DNA of 63,025 nucleotides, counting the filler, from Klebsormidium nitens (lineage: Eukaryota > Plantae > Klebsormidiophyceae): the NCBI GenBank assembly GCA_000708835.1. It is 7 parts of 7 records of this genome, joined end to end, with 100 filler letters (N's around TTAATTAATTAA, not from the genome) between each part and the next. Parts side by side here need not be neighbours in the genome. Positions count along the whole stretch, not along the records: positions 1 to 21,227 come from DF237913.1; 6 more parts are not named here. One strand, written 5' to 3'. The notes beneath the pieces were generated by a model that worked only from the letters and a program-made list of their open reading frames with translations, did not search any database and had not been told where the DNA came from. The position numbers and the translations under genes were made by a program. Each line of letters starts with the position of its first letter. Position 1 is the stretch's first letter. Shown here piece after piece: positions 1-18,217 of the stretch.

Positions 1-1008
1 AACCAGTCGTAATCGTTACACATGAGATGTATATTGTGGTGCAGCTATCAACCATGCATATATATGTATCTGCAACGATGCGCGCTAAAGTTGTGTACGT
101 TAGTATTTGGAACTCGATCGTACGTTTTGTTGCAATTAAAGGACTGCAACTAGGCTTGTCTGGCTCTGGCACATAGGCCGGCCATATATGATATGAGTGA
201 TCGAAGACTCAGAGCTCGAATCGTTCATCATGCATGCCGGGTGTGATGCCATGGCCATATGTTAAGTTCAAAGACTCCATCGATCAACGAAGTCCATGCA
301 TGAAGTACTACATGGTGATGTTGAATGTAGTTAAGTCAAGTTCTCCGGTTATAATTAACTCATTTATTGCATGCGCTGTTGGCAGCCGTGCAGACCCCGG
401 GATTCAGGTTACCACACGTAATAGAATGAGTACGTCACCATTGGTACAAGTGACATGCATCATTTGCATCGCATAATTGGATTGCATGAGGATGCACGAA
501 TCGATCAACAGTGAGACTCAGATTACTAGCTAAGCTAGTGACAAGTGAGCTAGAGACCGCGCCCGGCCTCAATCCATATGCACACAGATTTGCATATGGG
601 TCGCAATCTGCCTTCTTCGTATGTGCACACAGGTACGATAGCTAGTAGTCAAGCTAGTTTGCGGCTGGCCTAGCCTCCAGTTTGGTTGCACTTGCTGTCG
701 ACGAGTGCCGACGAGTGCAATGTTGCCATGAGTTTCATGCAGATTTTGAAAAGCCTGGGCGGAACTACACAACTGAGAAAGTTGGGTACTGCAAGTTCAA
801 TGGTTCGTTTATTTAAATACAACCAAAGACCGTTGTTATCAGTTTGGCATGCACAATTTAGTGTGCGACCGCCACAGTGTGCAAAATCGATCTCCAACAA
901 GTTCTATACAAGGATACTCAAACGTTGGGAAACACAACCGCTGAGCGACTCCGTCAATCAGAATCAGATTTCGCAATTCTTGGGACGGCTACTCAACAAA
1001 AGGAGTAA

Positions 1009-5621
<4,613 letters not shown>

Positions 5622-6311
5622 CTGGAGACCAGGCAGCCAGCAGGCTTAGGTGCTCAGCTGCTGTGGCGTGCCACCAAGAAGTGAGTGAGGACTCAGGAGT
5701 GCTTAGAAACGGCTACCTTACAACGGATCTAGACTGATGTTTGGTGCCCGCCATAAAAAGACAGCTGCTCAGCCGTGAAGTGTGAGTATCTAGCAACACA
5801 CTGCCAGCTACCGTCTCCAGGAGAACAGATTATCAAGCATATTTGCAATTTTTCCACATATTCGATAGTGGATATTGTATGTGAATAATGCAGCACTCGT
5901 GAGCAGATACCAAGCTACCTAAGCGAACAAAATCCCGAAATTCGGGGGTTTCGACGGCATCTCCTGTAGGTCCTCTTATATCATCCTCTAATATTATCCT
6001 GAACTAGCTCCGTGATTATCATTGTCACTGTCATTGTCATTGCCATCACAGCAGAGTTCCAGGGTGGTTGGCCAGGTGTGGCAGGGTGGGGCACCTGCCA
6101 CCATTGGCATTGGCTGTTGGCATTGGCATTGGCATTGAATGTGTTCATTTTCAGGAGGACGGCGTTGCACTGCAACTCGCAGTTTGCAGGGCTTGTTTGT
6201 CATCATTGGTGGTCGCTCTTTCTTGTGGGTTGATATCTGCACTATATCCGCGTAGTGGCAAGCAGTGGTGCCGTCAACGACAAAGTTTAATGCAGAACAT
6301 GAGACTTCACA
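5622..6311. promoter_or_regulatory. Putative bidirectional promoter between divergent FTSH11 and the DEAD-box helicase, with a (CATTGG)n tract giving 4 CCAAT boxes on the minus strand at ~6103-6132
   Basis: Start codons are head-to-head ~690 bp apart. ATTGG occurs at 6103, 6109, 6122 and 6128. A (TCATTG)n-like tract lies at ~6020-6045. Confidence 0.45.
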
Positions 6312-9300
6312 ATGTACGGGGGTCTCCGCAAGTTCTGGCTCAATGGCCCTCGTCGGGATGTCTTCGCCCGCATGTCAGGCAGTCTGCAGAGCACCCTTTT
6401 ATCAATCCAGGAAGGGACTGGCCGTCATGTCGAGGCCCCGCTGTGTGGCATACATGATAGCCGTGCGTTCGGGGCTGCTGCTGCGCTGGCTTCCCCTCCC
6501 ACCCCGCTGCGGGTGCCAGCGCCTGCCGCTGCGGCGGCTGCTCCTCTTGGAGCATTTCAGCCGGGGGCACTGCCGCAGCCAGGCTTCCGCCAGTTTGCTT
6601 TGAGCGAGGCAGTGGTGCGTGGCGCGGAGGGCGTGGGCCTGCTGGAGCCCACCGAGGTGCAGCGGCGCGGCATACCGCTGGTGCTGACAGGGCAGAGCGT
6701 GAGCCCCTCCCGGCCCTGGCCGCCCCTGACATGACTGTCCTATGCTGATCTGTGTTGCCGCCAGCTGCGTCTTTGCGAACAAAGTCCCCCTCCCACAGAG
6801 CACGCAGGCTTCTACTTCGGGCCGCCTGGCGCACGTGTCGCTCGCATGCATGCCACCGCCTCAGTAACGCCACCCCTCACTTGTCGCAAGGGCTCCTTCA
6901 TGCCGCCCCCTCGTGCCGCGCTGCCTGCTGGGGGCTGTCTACAAATCTGCTGATAGTGGGCTCGCCAGGTTGACACAGCGGACCAGTCGCAGCTGAAAAC
7001 ACGGTTCCTCGCAGGCCTTCCTCTCGGCAGAGACTGGCACCGGCAAAACGGCGGCGTACGCCCTCCCCCTGCTGGAGCTCCTTCGCCAGCAACTGGAGCG
7101 CGAAAGAGGGGGCAACCAGGACGGCGATCTGAATGAGCATTCCCCCCTGCCAGAGGGGTTACAGCGGCCGCTGTGTCTGGTGCTCACTCCTACAGCCGAC
7201 CTGGCGTCACAGGTGAGGACACGCAGTGGCAGCGGGCCGCAAGTTGCGGCGGAGCCACGACACACTAGGGCTTACTGGGTCTGAAGGTGGGACAGAGAGT
7301 CTGCCATCGTCACGTCAGTGGTCCTTTCCTTCAGTCCTGATAAGTCAAGCAAAGGGCGGACGATTATTGTCAACCGTGCATCGCCTCTTTGTCACCCTGA
7401 GCATGTCTTGCTGCAGCCCCCCCTGGTCATGCTTGCCAGGTGCCCTCCCCCGGCCCCTCCTTCCGTTCCCCCTGCTCGCTGCCATTGTTTTGTTGGTTTG
7501 CGCTGAGGCGTGGCTGTGTACAGTGCAGGTGCACGCCCACTTTGTGGCCCTCGCGCGCGGCCTGCCGCACGTGCGCGTGGACCTGCTGACGGCGGCCTCC
7601 GCCACGCCCCCCGCCCGCCAGGCGCAGCTGCTGCTGCAGCGGCAGGCGGAGGTGCTGGTGGCCACGCCAGGGCGCCTGCTGCGCCTGCTCCAACAGGTGC
7701 GCAAAAAGGGGGCCTCGGCCTGGCCTCTGGACGTGGGTTGGCTTGTGGGACACTGGGTGGCAGTCGGATGTGTAGGCCGTCTTTGGGACGGGCGTGGAAG
7801 TCGCTTGGGTTACGGCAGGGGTCCCGGCAAGGTTTCAAATCACATGAGTAGAGCCGTTTGTGTCACAAATACGAGGGTGCCTGCCTCCTGTGGAAGCCGT
7901 GAGCTGACGGATGAATTGAGCTACCTTTTCCAGCCTTCGATACAAAAATGAAATCCATCTGTCGCTTGGCCTGACAAATAGGATACGAAAGTACTTCCAA
8001 CCGGAGAAGGCTAGCCTCCACCGGAAGAGGAAGGCTTACGGTGCTTCTGACTTTACTGATCAATCGCCGCATACATTGACCACGGAGGATCCCCTTGCTG
8101 TGGCCACGCACGTCATGCTTCTGCTCGGGAGCTCGAGTCATACTCGTCCGTATATTTTGCGCAGGCATCCGCAGGCCCTGCCTCCGCGGCGGGCGCGCTG
8201 TCTTTGGCGGGCGTGCGCCACTGGGTGGTGGACGAGTGCGACCGCGTGGCGCGCATGGGCCTGCTGCGCGACGTGCAGCAACTCTTCCCCTTTCTGCCGC
8301 GCCCGCCCAAGGACGCGCAGCAGCCGCCCATGCAGGTCAGCCAGCGGACCCTGCCCTTCTGTACCCCTTACATGATCACTAGACATGCATCTAGGCATAG
8401 CGGACGACGAGGCTTCAGCTGTTGCTGCTGGAATTTGTGTACCCTTTTCTGACAAAGCGGGTCAAGTAGAGTTGTCGTACTGGGGACTGAGGCCGAATAC
8501 CATGTTGGAAGGTGCTTAAGTGGCGAGATGTGGGCTTTAGCCCGCCCTTAGCGATCGATTGATTGGTCGAATGATGCCACAGACCAGGGTTTCGCAACTA
8601 AACGTTGCCACGTCATCGCTTCCAACAACGTCCCGGGCCTCGGTCCCACAATCACTAATGCTCCTTGACCCCGCTCTGACAAGAAAGGCACCACATGGGG
8701 GATGGATCTGTGTGGAAGCGCGGCCTCGAGCCTCGCGGCCATTACAGGCCTTGACAGCGGCCCCTCTTCTTGCTCCCCCCCGCAGGTCCTCCTAGTGTCC
8801 GCCACCGTGACCCCCGAGGCGGCCTTTTTGCTGCGCCGCTTTGCTCCCCGCGCTGCCAGCGTGGCCCTGAACCCCGACCTGCGCGTGGCGGCCGCCGTCA
8901 AGCACGTGGCCTACACGGTGCACAGCCGCAGGAAGGTGGCGCTGCTCGAGTACCTCCTCAAGCGCAAGGGCTCCTTCAGAGTGAGCCCCACAGCGTACTC
9001 TGGCAGGCTGGAGAGGGGCGGCGCCGATTGGTGGTGCCCCTCACTGCATCTCCTCAGCATCAGTTGCGTGCAGCCCGGCATGTTTCTTGACAAACCATGA
9101 CTTCGTGCGAACCTGGGTACACCCGCCTTCGTAAATTTCTCACTGAACGACATGAAGCCCACCTGACCTTGCATTTGCTTGCCTCATCGCCTGTGGCCGG
9201 AATGAGCCACTGGTCGCGTGCTTCCACTCAACCTGGCCCAGGCAGCAGGAGGGGGTGTCAAAGCAATCCGTCTCAATCCGTTTTGTTTATTGTCCCCTGC

Positions 9301-10581
9301 TTCGGTGGTGCAGGACAGTCAGGTGCTGGTGTTCACACGCACGCGGCAGCGCGCAGCGCGGCTGGCCGCTGTGCTGGCCGAGCGGGGCGTCCCCGCTGAG
9401 GCGGTCCACTCGGGCCTGACCGGGACGCAGCGGTGGCGCGTGGTGGAGGCGTTCAAGGCGCGCGCGGTGCGGTGCGTGGTGGCCACGGCCGTGCTGGGGC
9501 GCGGCATCGACATCCCGGACCTGCCCACCGTGGTGAGGCGCAAGCACCGCGGACGAGCAAGCAGCCCCGAAAATAAGGGGGGCCTGTCGTCCTGAGGGGC
9601 AAACCCGCTTCTCGGGACGCTGTCAAGGAGCCGTGGGAGGGGGGATGACCTCGAGCCGGCATGCATACATGGCAGGTCGTTGCAAGCGGGCGTCTTCCGT
9701 AGTAGCATCCGCCTTGTTGGGGCCTCGACGCACAGCATCCGCCTTGCATCTATCCACTTTCCTCTGCCATTTATCTGCGAGGTTGTCGATGTGTTAGTCG
9801 GCATCTGGACTTGACCTTCTGTAGTGTTCTGATCAAGCCCACCTATCGGACGTTTATTCTGCCAGCAATCGACGTTCTACCAGATTTGACCGAATGCCAC
9901 AAACTACGTGCTTGACCATTTTGTACGCCACCTTTCCGGCATCGCAGAGAGAAGCACTTCACACGGTGCCACAGTGCTCGTCGTCGTTGAGTTGAAAGGT
10001 TGAAGTATTCCCCCCTTCCCTCGTAGATAAACTTCGACCTGCCGCTGACCCCCGAGGACTACGTGCACCACGTGGGTCGCACCGGGCGGGCGGGCCAGGC
10101 CGGGCTGGCGGTGTCGCTGGTGAGCGCGGACGCGCAGGAGGTGCTTATCGGGGGCCCTCACCAGCGGGCCGTGCTGCGCGAGGAGCAGTTCCTGGCGGCC
10201 GTGGAGGCGCTGACGGGGGAGCGCGTGGAGCGGCGCAAAGTGCCGGGGCCGTGGCGGGACGTGGAGCGGGATCGGCTGGACGACACGCTGGCAGAGGGAT
10301 CCCGCCGAGGAGGGCAGGGGCGAGCGAGCGAGACGGACAAGCGCTCGGAGAGGCTGGGAAGGAGCAACAAAAATTCGGAGGGGCAACAGAGCGGCCCTAC
10401 CACGCTTGCCGACAGCACTTCGGGGCCGGGTGTGACGGTGACGGAAGTGGTGGAGGGGATGGAGCGGGGGCTTGCCAGACGGGCTGGGATCAAACGGCTG
10501 AAGGACGTCGAGAGAAGACCGCGAGGAAGGACAAAAAGAAGGAGCGGAAGAGTGTTCATGACAGCCGCGCCAAGCGGATAA
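6312..10581 (+). CDS. DEAD-box RNA helicase (RhlE-like, probable organellar transit peptide), 7 exons: 6312-6698, 7015-7212, 7529-7696, ~8165-8335, 8786-8980, 9314-9532, 10027-10581
   Basis: All exons are phase 0 with GT-AG introns. Q motif ([16 protein letters not shown]), I AETGTGKT, Ia PTADLASQ, Ib [46 protein letters not shown], then a basic C-tail. Confidence 0.9.
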
Positions 10582-12576
10582 CGAAAAAGCGTGGATGCCA
10601 GCGAAGCCCTTTTGTTGTGGACGGGGGAGCAGTGGAGCTGGCACCACAGACAGACGTTCATTCAAGCCGCCATGCATGTGAGAGTGGATATGCGATGGTC
10701 ACCTTGATCCGAAGGCATCGGCAGCGGTCGTACAAGAGAGGCACATGCTAAGGAAAGGTGCGTCAGCAGCATTGTGGACTTCCATGGAGCTTGTTGATGT
10801 CCTTGAAGATTGCAGCAAGGACCGGCTACGTAGATGCAGCTGGTTGTAAATAGCTGCCCGGTGAGACACGGCGGCCTGCGCGGCAAGTTTGCAATGACGC
10901 TTCCGGCACCACATGGTGCATATACGTTACTTCAGTCACATGCATATAAAATATCCAAACGGTCGATCGTTTAGTAAGCGCACCGGCCCTCGCGGTGGTC
11001 ATGTGTTATTGTTGCGCGGCGGTGGCGGCCCGCGGATACGGTTGCAGCTGCGTGCATAGTCGGTCCGACAATGCATGTTGGCAACGCATAATCATATATA
11101 CTAGCTAGCGGCACTCAGTCGCCGGGCGTTGTCATGCACTTGGACGTTCTGCATTTGTGAATAATTTATAGCGCATGCATGCAGCGCGGCACTGAGGCGC
11201 GGCTGCATGCACCAGGTGCAACCGCGGCCCTGCAAATGCGCCAATTAATTCGAGTACATAGCTGTCATGATTCATGAAAGGTGCACATGCACTGATGCAG
11301 CATGTGCACATATGCCAGCTAGCTTCAATTAATTACCGTTCGTATAATCATTAGAATTACTATAAACTCAATGTCGGACTTAGTCACATGCAGTCGATCA
11401 TATGTGCACTGAACGGCCGTCATGCGGCCGGACAAAGAGCGACGGTAACTCGCGAGGCTTAAGCGACCCGCGCTCGATCCTATTTGATCATGCAACAATG
11501 ATTGATGAATGGCAATCCGTTATAACAATAACAATAACAATTGCAATAACAATATCAATATGCACAGTGGTTGTTGGCTAAACCAACTCAAAGTCGCATG
11601 TGAGTGCCACAGCACCTCAAATGTCACTCCTCACTGCTATGCCTCGCTCCAGCAATCGTGAACAAATCAACGCGACTAACGAAACCAGACAACGCCAGAG
11701 GCCTCGCACCTAGCGTGCTCTGAACCGCACGAGCCGATCGGTTCGATGAACGGCTCTGGCCTGGCTGCGCTGTAGACTCACTGAGATGCGCTGACGGTAA
11801 TAGCGCAGCAGACGAGAAGCCTCGTCTCCAACCTGACTCTCATCAGCAACTCTCAGAGCTGCTGCGCGCTGGGCGCACATATGGAGGAGCCGGTCGAACG
11901 GACCGCCAAAACAGCCAAAGGTCTCTATCCGTTGAGGCGTTACTTCAAATATTGCATCTTCTATACCAGGAGCCGGCGGCTTCATGCACATCAAGAGTAC
12001 TCTCGGATTTCTGCATTGACGTTCCAATTGATCGGTAGATGTCCTTAGCTGATGCGATTAACCAAAACCGTACGTTTACACTGAAAAGGGATGCGAGATA
12101 GACAGTGACTCGATCCTTTGAAATGATCTTCAATGATCGATTAAACGAGTCTCAATCATGTGTAGCAGTATGCTTAGCCGCCGTTTGTGTCCTATGTGCT
12201 AACCTATCAATTGGACCTGTTCTTCTAACCCGTCCGAATCCTACCTGGTGCCTGCAACCTGAACGAGCCTACACCCACCAACACTACCTGGCGCCCCATG
12301 CGAGCCAGCCGCTTGTACCACCCTAGCTTCGATGAGTGAGCCATGTCACCGCGCCTCCATCTGTCGAATGTGACCTGCCTCAGTGTTGTGGAAATTCCTT
12401 AGGTTGTAGGGGCCATCGTTGGATTCGGCCTGCGCGTCCAAGAGCTATCCAATCAGCCACAAGTGCACTAGATAGTTTTGCTGTCGGCTTTCACTCTAAA
12501 CTTAGAAGAAACTTCCAAAAAGCGAGAAGTTTACACCGGTAGAAGAAGTGGCCCATTGGTTTTTAAAAGAACATAC

Positions 12577-15500
12577 CTCGAGAAGCTCGTCTTCTAGCTG
12601 TCGCCTTGCACTGCTTTGTCTTGGTCGCCGATCATGCGTGACTGTCCGTAACTTCCCCTCCTGCACACGAACGTGAGGCCATGTGAGACACTGTGCCGCT
12701 TACAAAGAGAGGAACTACTAGTCTTGGCAACAGAGGAGGCCGCTTACAAAGAAAGAAACTACTAATCTTGGCAACAGAGCCTCCTCAAAATAACGAGGGA
12801 AGGAGACCCCTGGATGCTAGAACTCATGGTTGAGGGCAGTTGTGCTCTCGAATCTGCAAGCGCTTCGTAGGGCGTGCTGAACACCGCGTTTCTTGAGATG
12901 CCTCCAGGTCTGCTCTCTTCGAGAACCCTTCAAATTTCAGTGTATGCCAACTGCCAGCGGCCCCCAATGTCTGCTGCACTTGGCGCACCTTGGTCCCGTA
13001 GACGAGCCCCCCCCCCACTTGCGGGTGGAATGCTGCGACGTTGATCTCGTCCTCGGCGCTGGGCAGCACGCGCACGAGGCCCATGTCCGCGACGCGGTAC
13101 ACCTCTAGGATGGTGTACACCGGGATGATGCCCGCGCCGTCCGTCACCAGGCTGCGCAGCAGCGTGTTGTGCCGCCGCCCGTACGCCAGCAAAATGTGCT
13201 GCGACGTCGGCGAGAACTGTAGGCCACCACGCAAGATGCCACATGTCAGGAATGTTCAAGCAGGCTGCCGGAATGCTGATCGAGAGAGGCCGGCTGACAA
13301 ACACCACGATTAACACATGCTTCTTACCTGATTTGTTCCTGAGAAGAAGCACAGCGGTGTCAAACGAAGTTGTGCGCCGGCTGCTGGCAAAAGCATACTT
13401 GCAGGGCTGACTTCAGACTTCCGTTGTTTGATAGGTCAGTGCACACGATTGGAGCCCAGAACTGCTCGTTGCCAGCGGCTGTCTCACCTGTATGGAGGTG
13501 AGGCAGTGCGCTGCGCGGACGGTCCTGGACGCGAGCACCTCCCCGAAGGTGCCCTCCTCCAGGCTGTAGAGCCGCAGCTCGTACACCACCGAGTTGGCCT
13601 GCAGCGGCTGCGGCGGGGAGTCCGGCTGCAGGGGGGGCGGGCTGGGGAACTGCGCCGGATGGCCGCCAAACGAGTGCAGAGCGCCCCCATTGAGCGCGCG
13701 CAGGGTCTGCGTGAAGGCGTCCTCCTGGTCGGGGGGCGAGCGGCAGGCCACGCACGCAGCCAGGAAGCGGCCGCAAGGAGAGAAGTGGGCGCCCATCTCA
13801 CTGCACAGGGGCGACCCGCGGGGTGACCGAGATGCCGGGCGAAGGAGGGAAGGAAGCCCAATGGTGCCCCACCTTGCCTCCAACCATGACGTGGGAATGA
13901 GGAGGTAAGAAAGCGGAGCAAACTTTCTTTATATGAATTGCAAACGAGAATCTTATGCAAGTACTTATGAAAAGTATGTGTAAGTGAATTCTTCATGACA
14001 GTTGCGCTTTTCTCTCAAACCGACTCAATACAAAGTGCCTTCCAAAGGGGGGGTAGCTTGTGAAGGAAGCTTACCTGCATAACACTGCGTGTGGAATGGT
14101 CAAGCGGCACTTTTCCGGGTCGAGCAGCGCTGTCGGCCTGTTGATGTCGTGGGGCCACACCCGCAGCTTCACTGTACACGGCAGCTCCGCAGCGGCCGCA
14201 GCAGCCAGCGCGGCGCTCGCAGCGGCTTCGGCGGCAGGGCCCATGTCCTGTGCGGAGAACAGGAATGGCTAAGCACCGGTGTGGGCTGGCACGCGGACAG
14301 CAATTGACCTGAAGCTGCAGCTTGAGGAATGGCGAAGGGATGCAGCAGCAGATTCACAAGCATACTACTCCAGTGTAATATGCAAAGATACATGTGGGTG
14401 ACCGATGGTCGTCAAACCTAACAAGCCAACTTCAAACAGTGCACGTCAGCGGCTCTGCGCCTGTACCTGGAATGGTCTTGGCAGCTGGTTCAGGTGCCCC
14501 CCCGCCATCCCGCTTGCATGGCCCATCCCGGCTGCTGCGGCCCCCATCATGCCGGCCCCTGCCTGTGCCGCAGCCCGTGCAGCCGCCATTGCCGCTGCCA
14601 TGGCGACTGACGCCACGGACAGGGCCTGCTGCCCGCCCTGCGCCACGTGCTGTATGTGGTTGGGCCCTGCTGCGGGCAGCGCCGGCGCCTGGCCCCGCAG
14701 GCCGGCTGCTGGCTCCTGGCCCAGGCGCGCCCAGCCGCCCCAGAACGGGAGGTCCATCTGCTGCAGGGGGGGGATGCCCAGTGCGGGCAGCTGCTGCGTG
14801 AAGGGGTATCCCAGGGCCACGTTGGCCTCGGGATGCGAGCCGGCCGGGTGGGTCTGCGCAGGGCCAACACGGGTGGTAGAACTCGGGGCAACATTGAGAT
14901 AGCTCAGCGGGGGAGGTGGGGACACAACACTGGCCAGATCGATGGCCATGCTCTCGGTGGTGTCAGAAGGGTTGCGCTCCAGGCCCCCACTGTCAGTCCG
15001 CGCGAGTACGGTGCTTTGCGAAGCAGAGGCAGCCCCTGAGAAGGACAGCGCACGCGCAACGCCGCCCGTGCTGAGGGGCGCCACCGCAGCCTCCGGTCGC
15101 TGCAGAATGAGACAGCACCGAAGACAGACTTAGCAACAGATTGCACAAGCATTCTTTCACAGTGACTTATAATCAGAAGGTTGCAGCACGATGCACAGCT
15201 CAAGGTCAGAAAGTCATTTAGGAACGTACCCAATTCTCCTACTCATAGAGCAGTGTCATTAGCATCTCTCAGCTGCTGAATGGGCAGTGCCCCCAGCACC
15301 AAGAGCAGCCCCGCCATACCTGCAACCACCGGTCACCCTCTGCTGGTCGGGGAGACACGTCCATCTGCGCGGGCCCTTCTGCTTCGCTCATCCGGCTTGA
15401 CGGTCTCTCCCCACTCCGCTCCAGGGGCGGGCTATTCACAGCCCTCTGCCCACTCGTGGCTGCCCAGGGCCTTGGCAGGAAGCCAGCTGCGCCCGACGGT

Positions 15501-18217
15501 CCCGCCGGCCCCCCTCTTTGCGGCTGCTCATGGGACTGGGCTGGATGGTGGGAATGCAGGTTACCAAACAGGCCGGGGGAAGGGCTTCTGAAGCCAAAGG
15601 GGAGGGGATTTGCCGGGTTGCCGAAACCGAAACCTGCGCCAACTCCTTGCTGTTGCCCCTGCCGATTTTGCTGTTGACTCTCAAAGCTCCAAAAATCGTT
15701 CCAAGGCATGCCAGGTACCGGACCAGCAGGTGCTGGGAGCGGCACGTTACTGCCAGTCGGGGGCCACGCAGGGTTCTGCCCTATTTGGCCAGGGTTCGCA
15801 GCGGGGTTTGAGAAGACATTGGGTCCAGCATGAGGGGTGAAAACAGGGGGGCGGGAAGGGGCGCCAGCTGCCATTGCAGACAGAGTGGCGGGCGTGTATG
15901 CCATGGTGGTAGGGGGGGGGTTGTTGTAGCTGCGGGCAGTGGCAGTGGCGGGGGGGCAGTCGTTAGAGTCAAGATCATTGACTTCAGCAGTGAGGAGCAA
16001 GGGTGCCCCATGGGGGTGGAAGTGGACGGCCCGCAGGGAGCGCCGGGTACGCAAGACGATGGCGGGGGAGGCAGCCTCGCCCTCCGTGTTGTACTGCCAC
16101 ATGTACAGCTTGTGGCCCGAAGCTACGGCCAGAAGGTCGCCCGAGGCATGGAAAGCAAGGGAGGCAATGGGCCGCACTGCACACGAACACGCCAGCACGT
16201 CACAAAAGTTCTGAAGGGAAGGCAGAAGGCTCAGTGGTTTGACCAACACAGCTGCCTGGGTTGACCAATCCTTGCAAGTTCCATACACAAGGGCAAACCT
16301 TGCAAGTTTGTAATCTAATGGAAGAACATGCAGGGGAAAAATGGTCAAAACAGACTGAATGAGACCTGAAACCCTGGCTGGCAACCTATGAATACTGGTT
16401 ACACCAACCAGCTGGCCAACCAAGAACGGAAGGTCACAACAAAACACTGCAACCTTGGATAGAAAGAAACAGCATAGCAGAAAAAGCAAATCGCAGCATC
16501 CTCCAAATACCGCAACTGAATAATTTAAGGAAAATCGCAGAGCCCGAAGCAGATCTCGTCTTAGGAACGTTAGGAGTCTGTTCAAGCCATGAAGACTTGT
16601 AAAAGCTTCAGAAACATCCTGTCGGCCTACACCATGTGCACAGGTGCTTGCTCAAAAGTCTTTCCGCTTGCTCAAAAATGACTTCACCACAGGGAGCAGC
16701 AGGGATATACTCACAGAAGTCATGAGAGATATGACAGACACCAGTTCGTGTATTCCAAAGCCTGACCAGATGGTCCAGGCTGCCGCTGACCAGCATTTCT
16801 GGCTGGAAGGGGTGAAAGCGCACCTGCAAGCAGGCGGGGTCAGTGAGCAGCAACGGGCAGGGAGAGGGCGGGGAAAGCGTACTTACAGAAGTCGAACTTC
16901 TGGATGCATTCTGAGGTCGTGGCATTCCAGAGGCGGACTTCGTGATCCAGACTACCACTGGCAATCACGTGGCGGACGCGGGAGTGAAAGCGGACCTGGA
17001 AATGGGACGCGTGAGGGGGTGGGTGAGGACTGTGTCTTTCAGACAAACGGCGGAGTGGGAGCACAACGTGAGATCAGGGAAGCAACATGACACTCAAAAC
17101 CAGTGCTCCACACTGGTGGAGGGCCCGTAATGGTGCTGAGACAAGAAAAGGTGAGCAAGATCTGGTTGAAGAACAACGCAGCCCTCGCATGGACATGACC
17201 GTTTTCGCTTGTCGACAGGGTGTATATGATAATCTGTACTACCATGTAGACAGCAAACCCAAGGATGTGACACGTGTGATGTGTGTTGAAGTGTTTGGAT
17301 AGAGGGCTGTGACAGCCGTGATTTAACTGTGCCCCAGGATGCTGTACTCACCACCCAAGGCGTGCGTCTGTGTCCGCTGAACACTTTGACGCACTTGCCA
17401 GTTTGACAATTGATGATTTTCACTGTGTGGTCCCCACTGCAAACAGCAGGGCAGAGCATGAGCCTCCAGGAAAAGGCGAAATGCTGGCTTGTCAATGTTG
17501 CCAGCTGCGGGCAAACAGGTCGGAGCGCAGCTCTGGTACATAACCAGAAACATAGGGTCTTACATAACAACCTGCAAATTGGTGATCTGCGCATGCACGA
17601 GCAGGCAACACTCACTGTGTTGATGCCAGGGTCTCTCCATCCAAGCTGAAAGCTGCCGCTATAGTGGAGCGAGGGGCTGGATGCAGACTTGTGTACTTGG
17701 CGCTGCAATGCCTCAAAGAGTCGGCCTCCACCCTTCAGGAGGAGGAAACATGTCAAGATGTTTTCAAGTATAGCAAGCTAGTGCCTCAAACAATGATCCG
17801 CGAGCAATCACAGCAATCAGCGAGCAATCACAGCAATCAAGTTTCACCGGGTGTCCCAATCCTCCATTCATGACTGATGTCTATGCTGGACAAGAAAATA
17901 TGCATCAACACAATTGGACATGCGACCAGCATCATTGGCTCAGACAGGTACACACGAGTGTTGATTCCTCACCATTCGCCCAGTGCCTGCTTCACATTTG
18001 CGGGACGGGCATCTCCAGCGGCTCCTTCGACGCCCGCCGTGTCAGCACCCCAAAGACGCTTCTTGGGCCGCCGCAATGAAGGACTGACTTCACGAAAAGC
18101 TAGGAGCCGGGTGATATTGCTAGTATCGGCCCTGCAAAGCACAGACAAGCCAGAGTGACTTGGAAATAAGCACTTGCAGATCGGCAAAGTCTCAATTGTA
18201 CTTATCTGTTTTTGCAT
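12577..18217 (-). CDS. AMBRA1/DCAF-like plant WD40 protein. Exons ~18217(or 18131)-17973, 17732-17616, 17436-17352, [16995-16887 OR 16823-16715], 16176-15320, 15099-14467, 14247-14075, 13800-13488, 13216-12989, 12660-12577. The exact start and last exon are uncertain (possible terminal exon ~12050-11710).
   Basis: The spliced product gives WVEADSLRHCSAKY..RSTIAAAFS.DG.TLASTHGDHTVKII..GHRRTPWVVRFH, LRTRRSLRAVHFHPHGAPLLLTAEV, AELPCTVKLRVW, HAVLCSEMGAHFSPCGRFLAACVAC and DEINVAAFHP..GGGLVYGTKEGKLR. These are hallmark segments of the plant AMBRA1-like WD40 family. Confidence 0.88.

Noticed and set aside
11710-12050. Independent small gene
   Set aside because: No recognisable domain. It may be the terminal exon of the WD40 gene, but I cannot choose between acceptors without cDNA.
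12695-12779. Direct duplication with 44-bp period in a WD40 intron
   Set aside because: It is real but only two copies with no structure, consistent with an ordinary slippage event.
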